From Lama glama (Eukaryota), in assembly GCA_028534125.1 (NCBI GenBank), contig CM052817.1:77874001-77938000 (forward strand): a stretch of DNA of 64,000 nt, in the 5' to 3' direction. Positions within the stretch are counted from its first letter, which is position 1. Every line of letters starts with the position of its first letter. Shown here in pieces: positions 50,122 to 64,000 of the stretch. The notes under the pieces are model-generated. The model made no database searches, was not told the origin of the DNA, and saw only the letters and a list, made by a program, of their open reading frames with translations. Made by a program: the position numbers and the translations under genes.

Positions 50122-51927
50122 CTATACTAGAAGCTATTTTTTGTCTGATAAAGATGAAAAGTCCACAAGGTCTCTTGGACAAAGGATAAGGATGTACTTT
50201 TTATGACTTGACTCTCGAGAGGCCTTCTAGTCTATTATGTTTGAGGTGCCTGCCTTTGTGGAACTTGTGGAACTAGTGTAGCTTCTACTACCTAGCATCC
50301 TGTCCTCCTACCTCAGCCCTGTACCCTTAAGTAAATCACTTTGAAGGGAAGGTTTTCAACTGAGTCTTGAAATAGGTATATGATTCTAGTATTAGGAGGG
50401 AAGGTAGTTGGTAATGGCTGGTCAAGAAACAATTGTCAGCCAAAGCCCAGACGTAGGGAGAAAGTAACATTCCGGTGGCAGCTCAGTGACCAGCTTTGCT
50501 GAATAATAATAGATAATTGAAAAAGGAAAACTTGAGACAGATTTTTGAGAAACCTCAATTTGGAGCAAGTTGTTCGGAGTTCAATCAGTACATATTGCTA
50601 AGTTGTTAAAGTTTTTTTTTTTCTCTAATGGCAGGATGATGGCCATATTAATTTTGGATGGGCATAGATATACGATATCTTGGGCCTACAGTAATTCTCA
50701 ACCTGCTAGGAAAGGAGGAAAACACAGTAGATGAAATGGAACCTTAGCAACCCAACCCACATGTATAGTCTGGTTTATGGCAGGCTCACAAGCTCCAGCA
50801 CTTAAGTGGGAAGTTATAGTGACAGGAATCATTCTTTCTCCTGGAGAATAGCAGTAAACCATATTAAACAGCAATTTTGGAATTCAGGAAGGTCACAGTG
50901 CATGTCACAAAGTCCTCCCATTTGGTAGATCCCTTGCAGGTAGGGGACAAGTGATCAGATGAAGAAAGAGCTTATCACAATTGAGGCAGAGAACTAGGAG
51001 CCCCTATTACTTGTTCGGGTTCAAAAATAGGATTCCAACTCTATCGTTTGTGTGGTGGGTGGAATAGGTTGATTGTGGGACTGGGATTTTAGGCTAATTA
51101 ACTTGGCAGAAAATAGAAAGAAGGAAAGAGCCAGACACTCAGTCTGATGGATTAGGCAAGCAGAATATGGCTCCATGATCGCCCCAAGCTTATCCCTCTT
51201 TTGCTGGACCCTGTTTTGGTTGGTGATGGAGGAGGCTCTAGGCTTGAGGAAATCCAGCTGTCAGTGCTGGATCATAGTATCTGGAGAGACTAATATGTTA
51301 GTGTTACTGAGGTTGTAAACTGCAGTGGGGCTAAGCCTGCAGTAAGCAATTGAGTCAGTTTTAGGGGAAGAAGCAAAGAAAATGAATCAGGGCATAGCAG
51401 ATGTTTCATATAATGTCTGTCCCTGTGGAAAACTCTTTAGTGGCCTTTATAATAATATCCAAGTGCAATGGCCTACTATTCAAGTCTCTATCCAATACAG
51501 ATTAAATGCCTTTGTCCTATATTATCTCTTATACTTCTCTACATGGATTTTCTACCGCAAGCAGTTTAATTTACACACTACTCTCATATACCTCATACTT
51601 CTCATTTTCCACTTCTTTTCATTTAATTCTCATTTCCTGAAATACTTTCTGTTACTTTTTTTCTGTCTATAAAATTCTGTAAGATCCTGGACAACCATTT
51701 ATGTCCTTTTTGTTTAGTTCAGCACAAAGTAACCTCTCTCCCAATATCTATCTTCTTATTCATAAGACATTTCCTTATCCTATGTTCTTGTGAGAAATTC
51801 TTCTTAATTCTTAATTCTCTTAACCTATATTTATTCAGTAGGTTAGGTTTATTGAGAGTCTACTATATACCTTTATAACAAACTCCAATGTTTGAATTTC
51901 CTAATCTCTATCACAACATATCACTGG

Positions 51928-53720
51928 ATATATTACTCTGCTCAGATTGTCATAGGAAAATACCATAGAGTGGGTGGCTGAAACAATAGAAATGCATTTC
52001 TCACAGTTAGAGAGGCTGAGGAGTCCAAAGTCAGGATACCTTTTTCCTGGCTTGCGGATGGCTGTCCTTTTGCTATGCTCACACGTGGCAGAGAAAGGAA
52101 ACTATGGTGTCTCTTCCTCTTATAAGAGCACTAATCTCATCATGGGAGCTTCACTGTCATGATCTCATCTAAAACCTAATTACTTCCCAAAGATCTCCAA
52201 CTCCTAATACCATCACATTCGGGGGTTAGGGCTTCAACATATGAATTTTGGGGGGACAGAAAGATTCAGTCCATAACATCCCACCCCTGGCCTCCCAAAG
52301 TTCATTTTCTTCCTTCATGCAAAGTATATTCATTCCGTCCTAGCATCTCTAAAGCCTTAACTTGTTCTAGCATCAACTCTGAAGCCTCAAGTCTCATCTA
52401 AATATCATCTAAATCAGATATGAATTAGACTCAGGGTACAATTCATTCTGGAGCAAAATTCTTCTCCAGCTGTGAACCTGTGAAATCAGGCAAGTTGTTC
52501 TCTTCCAAAATACAATGGTGAGACAGACATAGGATAGACATTCCCTTCCAAAAGGAAGAAACAGGAGAGAAGGGAGGAGTGAGGGGTTCTAAGGAAGTCT
52601 AAAACCTGGCAAGGCAAATCCATTAGATATTAAAGTGCAAGAATAATCCTTCTCGATTCGATGGTTTGTCCTTCAGGCCCACTAAGATGGTAAAGTCACT
52701 CCCACAGCTTACCTGGTCTACCCCATGCTTGTGACTAGCCAGGACCAAGGCTTTCTGCAGAGGCCCTACCCACACTGGGGCTTTATGTGGGGGCAGTGGT
52801 CCCCCTTCTGAAACCAAGGTGGAAGTAGCCTTGTCTGACATTTCCCCTGGGCCTTTGCACACTGGGTCTTTGGTGGGGGTGGGAACCCTGATGATCTTTG
52901 AATCACCTTTGGGATCCTTCACCCTTCCCTTTTCTTAAAGAATAGTACATGTTTACAGAAATTTGACAGCTTTCCTTCATTCTCTTCTGCTTTCTCTGTC
53001 TCCTTTTGTTCAGCTGACAGTGTCCTTGCTGGTTTAATCCTATTGTTATTCCAGGTCTCTGTTGAGATGCCTGATAATTTCGTGGGCCACACTCATCATC
53101 TCTTTATCAAATGACTGTTCAGACAGACACTTACTGTTCTCTTCAGAACAGACTTTCTCATTTTTGCAATATGGATAGGCTGAGATTTTTTCAGAGCTCC
53201 AAGTTCTGGTTCCTTTTTACTTAACAATTACATCTTCAATTTATTTTTTCCTTTGGCATTTTACTGTAAGTAGTCAGGAGGGATCAAGCTACTCCTTCAA
53301 TACTTTGCTTAGAAATTTCCTCTGCTAAATATCCAGTTTCACTGCTTGCAAGTTCTATCTTCTACAGAACACTAGGACATGAATACAATTTACCCAAGTT
53401 CTTTGCCACTTTATAGCAAGGATCAGCTTTCCTCTGGGTTCCAGTAATGTGTTCCTCATTTCTATCTGAGACCTTGCCAGAATGGCCTTTACCATCTGTA
53501 TTTCTGCCCAGAATCTATTCATGATTATTTGTATGTTCTCTAAGAGTGGAGGCTTTCTCTGGCCCCTTTTCTTTCCGAGCTTTCATCAGAATTATCCTTA
53601 ATGTTCATATTTGTTTCATGCACCTCAAAATTCCTCCAGCCTCTATCCATTATTTAGTTCCAAAGCCACTTCCACATTTTTAGGTGGCTGTTACAGCAAC
53701 ATCCCACTTTTTGGTGTCAC
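51928..53720 (-). mobile_element. MLT1A-type MaLR element: one LTR (about 51928-52278) plus about 1.45 kb of internal region
   Basis: The LTR ends gggttagggcttcaacatatgaattttggggggacaga...cagtccataaca. The internal region runs tcccacccctggcctcccaaagttcat...ttccaaagccacttccacatttttaggt...cagcaacatcccactttttggt. Confidence 0.85.
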
Positions 53721-54023
53721 TGGCACACAATTCTAAATATTGATTTAACAAAAACTGATAGAAATGTAAGGAGAAATAAATAAATCCACAATTATAGTTG
53801 GAAATTTCAACACTCATTTCCAATAAATAACAGAATAAGAAGATAGAATACTAGGAAGATTGTAAAGTTGAACACCATTATCAACCTACTTGACCTAATT
53901 GACATTTACAGTACCCTCCAAATAACAGCAGCAGAGTACACATTCTTCTCTAGGGCACGGTGTCAAGACAGATCATATGCTGAGTCATAAAATAAATTTA
54001 AATAAAATTTGAAAGATTAAAAT

Positions 54024-55271
54024 CATTTTTGGATTAGGTTGTTTGTTTTTTTCCTTATTAAGTCATATGAGGTGCTTATATATTCTGGAGATCAAGCCTT
54101 TGTTGGTTTCATTGTTTGTAAAAAGTTTCTCCCATTCCATAGGTTGTTGTTTTGTTTTACTTCTGGTTTCCTTTGCTGTGCAGAAGCTTGTAAGTTTCAT
54201 TAGGTCCCATTTGTTTATGCTTGCTTTTATTTCTATTGCTTGGGTAGATTGCCCTAGGAGAACAATTTTGAGATGTATGTGAGATAATGTTTTGCCTATA
54301 TTTTCTTCTAGGAGGTTTATTTTATCTTGCCTTATGTTTAAGTCTTTGATCCATTTTGAGTTGATTTTTGTATATGGTGTAAGGGAGTGTTCTAGCTTCA
54401 TTGCTTTACATGCTACTGTCCAGTTTCCTCAATACCATTTGCTGAAGAGACTGTCTTTATTCCATTGTATATTCTTGCCTCCTTTGTTGAAGATTAGTTG
54501 ACCAAAAGTTTGTGGGTTCTTTCCTGGGCTGTCTGTTCTGTTCCATTGGTCCATATGTCTGTTTTTGTACCAATACCGTGCTGTCTTGATTACTGTAGCT
54601 CTATAGTATTGTCTGAAGTCTAGGAGAGTAATTCCTCCAGCCTCTTTTTCTTCAGTAATGTTTTGGCAATTCTAGGTCTTCTGTGGTTCCATATAAATTT
54701 TATTATGATTTGTTGTAGTTCTGTGAAATATGTTCTGGGTAATTGGATAGGGATTGCATTAAATCTGTAGATTGCCTTGGGCAGTGTGACCATTTTAACA
54801 ATATTGATTCTTCCAATCTAGGAGCATGTGATATCTTTCCATTTTTTTAAGTCTTATTAAATTTCCTTAAACAACCCAATCCAAAATGGACAGAAGACCT
54901 AAACAAGCAATTCTCCAAGGAAAAAATACAAATCATCAGTAGACACATGAAAAAATGCTCAATATCACTAATTATCAGAGAAATACAAATCAAAAGTAAT
55001 GAGATATCACCTCACACCAGTCAAAATGGCCATCATTCAAAAGTCCACAAATGACAAATGCTCGAGAGGCTGTGGAGAAAAGGGAACCCTCCTACGCTGC
55101 TGGTGGGAATGCAATTTGATGCAGCCACTGTGAAAAACAGTACGGAGATTCCTCAAAAGACTAGGAATAGACTTACCATATGATCCACCAATCCCACTCC
55201 TGGGCATATATCCAGAAGGAGCCCTACTTCAAAAAGACACCTGCACCCCAATGTTCATAGCAGCACTATAG
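54024..55271. mobile_element. Young L1 with 5' inversion: antisense ORF2 segment 54024-54868, sense ORF2 segment from 54869 into the gap
   Basis: Minus ORF 54063..54401 (MKLEHSLTPYTKINSKWIKDLNIR...KWDLMKLTSFCTAKET) is L1 ORF2. From 54869 the plus strand carries the directly downstream ORF2 sequence (agacacatgaaaaaatgctcaatatcactaattatcagagaaat...). Confidence 0.92.
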
Positions 55272-55771
55272 NNNNNNNNNNNNNNNNNNNNNNNNNNNNN
55301 NNNNNNNNNNNNNNNNNNNNNNNNNNNNNNNNNNNNNNNNNNNNNNNNNNNNNNNNNNNNNNNNNNNNNNNNNNNNNNNNNNNNNNNNNNNNNNNNNNNN
55401 NNNNNNNNNNNNNNNNNNNNNNNNNNNNNNNNNNNNNNNNNNNNNNNNNNNNNNNNNNNNNNNNNNNNNNNNNNNNNNNNNNNNNNNNNNNNNNNNNNNN
55501 NNNNNNNNNNNNNNNNNNNNNNNNNNNNNNNNNNNNNNNNNNNNNNNNNNNNNNNNNNNNNNNNNNNNNNNNNNNNNNNNNNNNNNNNNNNNNNNNNNNN
55601 NNNNNNNNNNNNNNNNNNNNNNNNNNNNNNNNNNNNNNNNNNNNNNNNNNNNNNNNNNNNNNNNNNNNNNNNNNNNNNNNNNNNNNNNNNNNNNNNNNNN
55701 NNNNNNNNNNNNNNNNNNNNNNNNNNNNNNNNNNNNNNNNNNNNNNNNNNNNNNNNNNNNNNNNNNNNNNN
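55272..55771. other. Assembly gap (500 N)
   Basis: Run of N. Confidence 1.
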
Positions 55772-58202
55772 ACCCTTAAATAAACCATTCACAGAAGTAA
55801 TGAAAAGGAAAATTAGCAAGTATTTTGGTCTGAATGAAACTAAAGCACCACAGTTAAAATTTATAGAGTGGAGCTAAACAATACATAGAAAATTATAGCA
55901 CTAATTGCATTTTAGGAAGGAAGAAAGGCCATCAATGACCTAAGTTTTAACTTTAAGAAACTAGAAAAGGAGCAAATGAAATCCAAAGTTAGCTGGACAA
56001 AAAAAAAAGGAAAGAAAAATACCAGCAAAAATCCATATTAAAAAAGCAAAATAATTCAGAAAAATCAATGAAACCCAAAACTGATTCCTTGAGAATATTA
56101 AAAATATTGATAAAACTCTAGTCAGACTGATCAGGAAAAAAAGAGCAGAGATACATATTGCAAACATCAAAAATAAGAGACATGACATAACTGCAGTTTA
56201 TACAGATATTTCAAAAGATAACAGGGAAGAAGATAATAGGGGTTTATTATGTACATTTCATACTAATAATTGAGATAGCTTAAATGATATGGTCAAAGTC
56301 CTTGAAAGCTGTCAACCCTCACTGAAGAAGAATTAGATAACCTGAATAGCCCTATATATTAAAGGAATTGAATTTTTAGTTAGAAACCTCCCCCCACCAC
56401 ACACACACAGATACACAGACACACACAGACACACACAAACCATGCCCAGCTAGATTTCATTGGTGAATTCTACAAAGAATGCAAGGAAGAAATAATATAA
56501 ATTTCACGAAAAATTCTTCCAAAATTTAAAGAATGACTGCTTCTCAAACTATTCCATGAGGCTAGAAATCCTCTGATACCAAAACCAAGCAAAGACAGTA
56601 CATGAAAAAAAAAACCACAGACCAGCATCCATTCATTAACATACATGCAGAAAGTCTTAACGAAACTTTCAAAAATCAAATACAACAATATATAGAAGTG
56701 AGAGTACATCATGACCAATATAAATCCAAGAATGCAAGGTTAGTTTAAGATTTGGTAATCTACCAGTTTAATACACCATGACCAACTCAATATATGCAGA
56801 GAATGTATTTGACAAAATCTAATATCAATTCCTGATTAAAATCTTTCAGAATAGAAAGAAACTTCCTTAAGTTGATAAAGAGTTATAAAAAAAAACCTTA
56901 CTATTAAAATTCTACTCCATGATGAAAGACTGAATATTTTTCTTGCTAAGATCAAGAACAAGTGAAGGTTTTCTGCTTTCACCACTTCTGTTCAGTAGAG
57001 TTTAGACAGTGTAGTAAAGAGGAAGAAAATCCAAAGGCATACGATTTGGAAGAAGTAAAACTGTCTTTATTGACAGATGGCAAGATTATATCTTTAGAAA
57101 ATCCAATGCAATCTACAAACACATGTTCAAGCTTATTCAAAATGTAATAAGTGAATTTTGCGAGTTTGCAAGACACAAAATCAATACACAAAAAAAATCA
57201 ATTGTGAAGTGGCCTCTATCAGTAGAGTTCTGTTAAATTCAATATTTTAGGATTAGCAAAAGAAGATAAAGAATCTGTTGATACCTACCCTATTAGTATG
57301 TATTACTTTTTCATGGATACCATGTTGCTAATACCCTCAGAGACCAAAATCTATTTTGTTTTCTATCTTGAGAATGTTTATAATCTGTCCTCTGGTACAG
57401 CGATGATTGGAGTTACATTTAGGACTCTGCAACTCTTCAACTTTGTTCTGTTAATATCTGTTCTTTATTTGTTCTACCTAATTCTTGCATTCCAAGCTGT
57501 TTTATTGGCAAATATATTTCCTCACAAAAATCAAGAATCATTATCTGATGTGGAGATTCATAATGTTCATCAATCTTTTGTTTTGTCTAAGTTACTTCAC
57601 TCAAATATTCTGAATAGCAGTATTCTAGGAATTTCTATGTTAGAAATTTAGACATAATAGAACTCCAAGAGGTAAATAAAATGTTTTATCTGCATTGCAT
57701 AATTCCTACCTCCAGACTGGTTCCCAGGGTTTGATTTGACACAGGTGGGGCTTAAAGAGTTGGCCCATTTCCAAGCCATCTCCTACACAAACATTGACGA
57801 ATAAATTGGTTTCAATGTCAGTTATGGTCCATATGAGTGATTATGCTTAACTGACATCAAGAATGTTCTTTTTCTGTATTTCCATCCAAATGGTCCAAAT
57901 AAATATGTGACAGACTATCCACGCATTTGAGTGAGAATAACAACGAATGATTGACTATATTTTTTAGGATGAGAGAGGAGATTTTTTGGTTTATTTGATG
58001 GAGACATTTAATATTTTAAAATGATACAATGTGGCAGAAAACATTGAGCCAAAGATATGAATAACTTAGAAGTATATGTTTCTAAAAGAATAAGGAAAAA
58101 CACCATATATATATATATAAAATAAGCCATAAATCTGTACCTATTCTAAAATAACTTTTCAGATTCTTTGACACTGAGAACTAAAAAACTAATGGCAAGC
58201 AT

Positions 58203-58232
58203 TATTAGATAGTAAAGTATTAGATAGTAAAG
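58203..58232. repeat. Tandem duplication, 2 x 15 bp
   Basis: tattagatagtaaag occurs twice, exact. Confidence 0.9.
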
Positions 58233-61200
58233 CAAAGAAATCCCAAATAATCTAGCTTTCTGATAGTACCTTTTCTTGATACAGCCAAATGTAACAGACT
58301 AACTTCCATCTTACATATTGCAAGACGCCTACGGCTTTGCCCATTATTTCTATTGATTCTTGTTTTAAGGTGGGCCGATTTCTAGTCTGCTCTAAATTCC
58401 TGCTCCTGCTGGTTTATCAATTCCTATTTGTCATTTTCTTTAGGTTCTGTCCTTTTTCTATTCTACTTCTTTCCTAAATATAAGTAAAAAAACCAGACTT
58501 GGTTTTTCCATTCCTCTAAAGTATACCACAACAAGGTTATCCATGTAAGTGTCTTAGGTTTGATGGCTAATATAGGAGGATTAAACACAGAAGTTAAACA
58601 CGTTAAATCAGGACAGTAGGTAAAAGTCCTCTGGCTACTGGGAACTGCTCATTGGCCATCTTTCTTCTTTGTTGTCATTTTTCTGAATTCCTTTTTTTCC
58701 CCCTCTATCAGATTCTTCAGACATCCCTAATAATTCAAGTAGCTGGTCACCATATCTGCATTATCCATTGCCCATTAATGGGAAAGTTTCACAATTTTTT
58801 CTGAACAAACAAAATCAGGGTTTTTCCCTTGTATTAACTGATCAGTCCAAAGAAACAAAAATCTTCTAGTAAGTAAACAATCAATACATAACTTAAATAT
58901 TTTATTTCTTTCTTTCATATATTAAGATATTGAGCAGTTTTGTGGGGCACATCATGTGCAGACTGATGGCTTAGTATCCAGTTGATGGCACTGATAAGGT
59001 TGTTTTGGTTGTTGACAGCAGTGCTACTGGCATTGATTAGTGCCTGTGCCCAGCAGTTATTAAATACTTTGAGTATCACCTCTAGCTAAATCTATTTTCC
59101 TATGAAAAAAAGGTGCATATTAATGTAGTTTTATTTTTAGGTTATTATAATTCTCTTATTTCAGTCAATCCATTTCAAGTTGCTCTTTCACGCTTTTAAT
59201 CAAAGATTGATAATACTTACATGTCTTAAACAAATAATAAATATATGCATGAAAAAAAGGCCTAGTAAAGCATATTATTTCCCGTTTTCTTTTTTCCCTA
59301 GACTTCCTGCCTCAAAATTTGGGTGCAATTATATGTAATTTTCCCAGTGCTACCTAGATCAGAGTTTAGCATTTAAAAATATTTTATATGTAAATTCTAG
59401 AAAATATTGAACTATTTCTGTGTTTTCTGCTTTGTGTGATTTTGGGTAAGTAAAAATAAAATCTCAAAACTAATCTGAGTCAGTACTGCTATGAAAGCTG
59501 GAAAACTAAAACTTCAGTGTACACAATATATTCAGGCATAGTATTTATTTAGATTCATCTTGTAGCTGATTTTCTCTGGTTTATGTATAAACTTCCAAAA
59601 GTGAGAACAGCAGTGCCTTAATCATACGCATCATACTAGTCTGACTCCTAGGATGTTTACTTCAGGAGTATGTGCTTGACTCAGTGTTTATAGCCTCAGA
59701 AAACTGGAACCTAATTTCCAGAAATCAGTCTATACACTTAAAATAAGAAGACATTATTTTCTCAGAAAAGGGCCATCTCTCTTAGATTTACCTGTAACTT
59801 CTGAGAAGCAAGGATTTTATCTTGAGAACGTGAGAATAGAATGAGTTCAGTTCTACGTAAACTAAACTTAATAGCCTCTAAGACGTAGGTACAAATAAAT
59901 TGATGGTTTTGCTGCAGCTGGTAACGATGCTGGTGTTGACATCATCACTACAGTAAAAGAAGTAGTAGAAAGGCTGCTGTTTTCTTTTTTAAAGCCCTGA
60001 ATTAACCCTATAAAATAGAGTTAACACTTTGTTAAATTCCAAATTTAGAAGCTCAGGTTCAGTGAAGAAATTCCAGGATGCCAGTAAGAAACTAGAGCTA
60101 TAGACAAAATTTCTCTACAAATCTCGACATCTAAGATACATCATCTTTCAAAGATTCTAATATTTACATTTGTCTTCACATTTTAACATTTTAACTTCTC
60201 TGGAAACAGGTTGTGTCTTGTGATAGTCCTAATGGAGTTGTCTTTGCTTGAGTGTGCATAAAAACTTGCAGAATGTGTGTCAGCAAGTTGGAACCCAATT
60301 CCAGAGACATAGTGCATCACCAGCATTTGTGACGATACAGGTGACAGTATTGTGTGGGAAAACATGGTTACCCATGACTTTGGATTTAAAAATATTGTGA
60401 AAGGTTGGACTTGGACTATGAGTGAACTTTAGGAATACCTTAACCAACTTGTTTTGCTTATCTTTTCACTTTTATGTAGGCTCAAGAATGACATAAGGTA
60501 AAAACTATACCTTAATTAATATAAAGTCCTTTCAGTAAGTATGTAGTAAAAGTTGTTACAGAAAACATTGTATTATAACTCATGTGTTTGTTTTCTTTTC
60601 TCTGTGGTACATAAAATAATGACATCCTTATAGTCAATTTGATATTATGATTCTGAGATAGACATAGATAGTGAGATTATAGAATTTTTGAATTGCTTAT
60701 TTCAAAGATGTGTTTGTTATTGCTCTGTTTTTAAAGGGTTATTATGAATCATATCATACCAAAGGAGTCATTAAAGCATTTCTCAAAGAGGATTAAAAGT
60801 AAAAATTTAAAGGATTTAATATTTCCTTTCATTCTCATGAGTAACATTCTTTTTGAGGACTACTTTTAAATATGTTCTTTAAAGGCAAACTTCAAAGTCT
60901 AACTTGGGGCCATAAGTAAACTGCTTTGTCTTGTTTATTGTAGACAATCATCTTTGAGGTTTTCGAGTTTAGTTTGGAAGAGGATTTAGCACTCTGCACG
61001 TTTATATTTGAGATTGCAATATTGACTGATTATCTTCCCTAAAATGTAATAGATATCAAAAACGGCTTATAACACTCAATATTTTCAGAATGTTTGCCTT
61101 TGCTTTACTTGATGATTATTATTTAAAAAAAAAAACTCTCTGATCCTCCTTTCTGAAGAGGAAACCAAAATTACTTCTCAGTCACTTCACTGTCTGTGTA

Positions 61201-62509
61201 TAATCTATGATTTGGAATGGGTAAACCAATAAGGCAGCACCTCATCTTCCCAAGTGTTGCCTAAGAAAGATATGTTTTAGGTCAGAACATTTCCCAAATA
61301 ATTGAAACATAGACATTTAGATGCCAAACCTAAATTTTTTGTTTACTATTTCTGATATAAGTATTTCTACAACACATCTTTCTGTCATTCTTAATTAGTA
61401 CTGAAAATAGAAGCTTTAACATTTTGCATTATGTGGCAATCTCAAGAGGGAAACTGCTTGTTGATGAGTCTTTAGTACACAGTGAACAGCGGGATTAGAG
61501 GAAGCAATTAATGGCATGAACTACACTCAGAACCATGTGAACTTTCACCTTTTGTAGAAGATGGAGGCTCTTTATTCTGAATACCAGTTACAGCAGATCG
61601 TGTGCTCTGGTCCCTAGGGCTGTGTGCACAACGTAGGGGCCTCGGCCTCCAGGGTTCTGCTATGACACTGGAAGCAGGACTCTCAAATCTGCATTTTCAC
61701 TTCTTTAGAGAGGCAATTCCATAATCTCACTGCACTGTTTTTGACTGAGAGCTCACATGTGTTCTGATCAATAATTGAACTAAGCATCACCTCACTGTTT
61801 CCACTTGACTTTCTTCTTTCTAGTTATGGTACCACTATTCACTTAGCCATCTATCCTTTTTTGAAATCTGTGATTTTCTCCATTTCTGTTCTTCCATGTA
61901 GGTCTGTCAGTCGTACCACTGGCTTCCTCTTTACATCTTTACTCTCAACATTTCCTTTTTAAATTTAATTTTTAAGTTTTATTCTGTGATTGTCTTTGCC
62001 TGGAAAATTTCAGTTTGCCATTATGCTTGATCTATAGGCCTCTGATCTCTTCACTTTCAAGTGGATTAGGTACAGATTTGACAGTATTTCCCTGTTCAAA
62101 AATCTCCAGTTGTTCCCTATTTGTTTTAAATTTTTTTTTCACCAAATATTAAAAACGATTGCCAGCAGAGACTTAGTTCTATTGGTTCACATATGGATAA
62201 AAGGGTATAAAATTATTTTGACATTAAAGTACTGCATTTCTTCCACATCAGTCATTTGTTTGGCAGTATACTCTAAAATCTCCTTGAGCATCAAGATCGA
62301 ATGCATCAAATATATCAGTCTTCATGTGTTGTGGATCAATTCTTGAGAATCTTCTCTACACCCTCAGGAGATCGTTTGAAGCTGTTCAAGAGATTGACTT
62401 TTTGAAACTTACCTACAAATACTTCAAGGACATACTTGTACATTTTGTCAGTAGCTTGAGATGCTCCTGAATCTTTTTAAAGTCCTTAATTCTGCTTTTA
62501 AAATTTGTT

Positions 62510-62852
62510 TTCCAGTTTTACTGAGCTGTAATTGACACAGAATATTGAATAAGTTTAAGGTGTACACATGTTGATTTAATATGCTTATATATTACAAATC
62601 AGATCCACCACAGCATTGGCTAGGAGCTCCGTCCTGTCATATAATTACCATTTCTTTCATGTGGTGAGAACATTTAAGATCTACTCTCTTTGAAACTTTC
62701 AAGTATATAATACAAGATAATTAGTTATAATCACTATGTTTATATAGTAGATCCCCAATGTTAATCTTACAACTGGAATTTATGTCCTTTGACCAGTATC
62801 TCCCCATTTTCCCCACTCCCGAGCCCCAGCCCCTTTTAACCACTACTCTTGA
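62510..62852 (-). mobile_element. L1MA-type 3' end
   Basis: aagtttaaggtgtaca...gtggtgagaacatttaagatctactctctt...ctttcaagtatataatac...cctttgaccagtatctcccca. Confidence 0.8.
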
Positions 62853-63799
62853 CCCTTATTACTGTGTGTTCATTTCTGTACTCATATGTTTGTCACCATT
62901 TTGTCTGAGATACCAACCACTGTGTGTGATGTGCCAGATGTTATAGACATGATACTACACAAAAATGGATATGATTTTTATTCTTATCTAGCTTATCAAC
63001 TAGCCTTCTTCACCATTTGGAGTTGAAACATATATTTTTATTGTATATTCTATTTCTAGAACTTGAAGATCATTTTTGTTGCTGGAGAAAAATAAAATTA
63101 TGTTGTCTGTTAGCAAGTTGCTCTCTTCTCCAAGCAGTCAGGTCCTTCTTTGCCTGCCTTTTCTTTCCTCATTGCCTAAAATATGATGAAAAAGTACTTT
63201 ATGTTGTCCTAAGCATTTTTCACAAGTCTCAGCTCATTTTGAACGTAGCTCTTTTGACACTGATTTGAAACATATTGTATATATAGCTGTGCATGTTTTT
63301 TAACTTTATGGTGTATTATACATATTGTTCCATTTAATTAAGTATAACCTGAAAACATGTTATTTAATATCTGTTTAATAGTCCATCTTATTTAACCATC
63401 CTCTATTTGGGGCTATTTGGTTTGAGTCCAATATTTTTTTTGCCTTATTCTGCAATTTTAAATAATGCTTCTGTGAACATCCTGGTACATAATTCTTTGC
63501 CTGCATTTCTGATTATTTCCTTATGTTGTACTCCAGCCTCCAAATACTGTCCATTTCTTGTGCCCAGGGACTAAGTAGACTGGCTGTTTTTCCAATCTAT
63601 GTCCAGTGAATGTATTTTTCACTCAGTGATTTTTAGAACTTTCTTGATGACTGACCAGATGGAGTGTTGCCCATCTGTGCCTCGAAATCTTCCCCAGTCT
63701 CCTCCAACATATACCCTTGCAGCAAGCTAGGACACTGTGAGGACCCATACACCTTGCTGGTGATGATGGTAGGGCAGATGAACTCAAGTCTCTGTCCTG

Positions 63800-63977
63800 T
63801 CTTCCCACTCTCTGCCATGAGAGGACAGTGAGAAGGAGGCCGTCTGCAAGGCAGGAGAACTCTCACCAGGAACCCACTTGGCCCACACCTCGGTCTCAGA
63901 CTTTCCAGCCCCCAAACTGGGAGAAAATCAATTTCTGTTGTTTAAGTCACCTAGTCTATGGGATTTTTGTTATGGCA
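63800..63977 (+). mobile_element. MLT1A/B-type MaLR LTR, 3' part
   Basis: gccatgagaggacagtgagaaggaggccgtctgcaag...cagactttccagcccccaaactgggagaaaatcaatttctgttgtttaagtcacctagtctatgg. Confidence 0.8.
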
Positions 63978-64000
63978 AATATACCATTGAAGGCAACAAA

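Larger units (their letters stand above)
53735..57205 (+). mobile_element. Old L1M ORF2 remnant (endonuclease to RT region), interrupted at about 54026 by a younger L1 and by the gap
   Basis: aaatccacaattatagttggaaatttcaacact...gacctaattgacattta...agcagagtacacattcttc; resumes after the gap with gaagaagaattagataacctgaatagccctata, ctgataccaaaacca and catcatgaccaa. Confidence 0.85.

Noticed and set aside
1..64000. CRISPR arrays, tRNA/rRNA genes, prokaryote-like operons, intact transposase or retroviral ORFs
   Set aside because: None seen. The tandem repeats have only two copies with no spacers, and all mobile-element coding remnants are disrupted.

Overview
Mammalian genomic DNA, AT-rich and dense in old repeats, with three 500-N assembly gaps. 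A young L1 3' end that I recognise as camelid-like, and no visible ruminant, pig or carnivore SINEs, tentatively suggest a camelid. The window holds one intact protein-coding gene, MAD2L1 (spindle-checkpoint HORMA protein), on the minus strand. Its five coding exons are 30632-30560, 29766-29620, 26681-26561, 25506-25403 and 24690-24518, giving 618 nt (205 aa plus stop) with all GT-AG introns. It has a CpG-island cell-cycle promoter (CHR, E2F-like, NRF1-like, GC box, CCAAT) and a poly(A) signal at 23876-23881. A heavily decayed, intronless LTV1 processed pseudogene lies about 12 kb upstream (about 42837-44233, minus). The rest is interspersed repeats (L1, L2, MIR, MaLR/ERVL LTRs, hAT and Tigger MITEs), including a twin-primed inverted L1 nested in an older L1. 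I found no convincing previously undescribed biological system; the findings are modest, checkable observations. Repeat subfamily names come from recognition, not from a search, and repeat boundaries are approximate.
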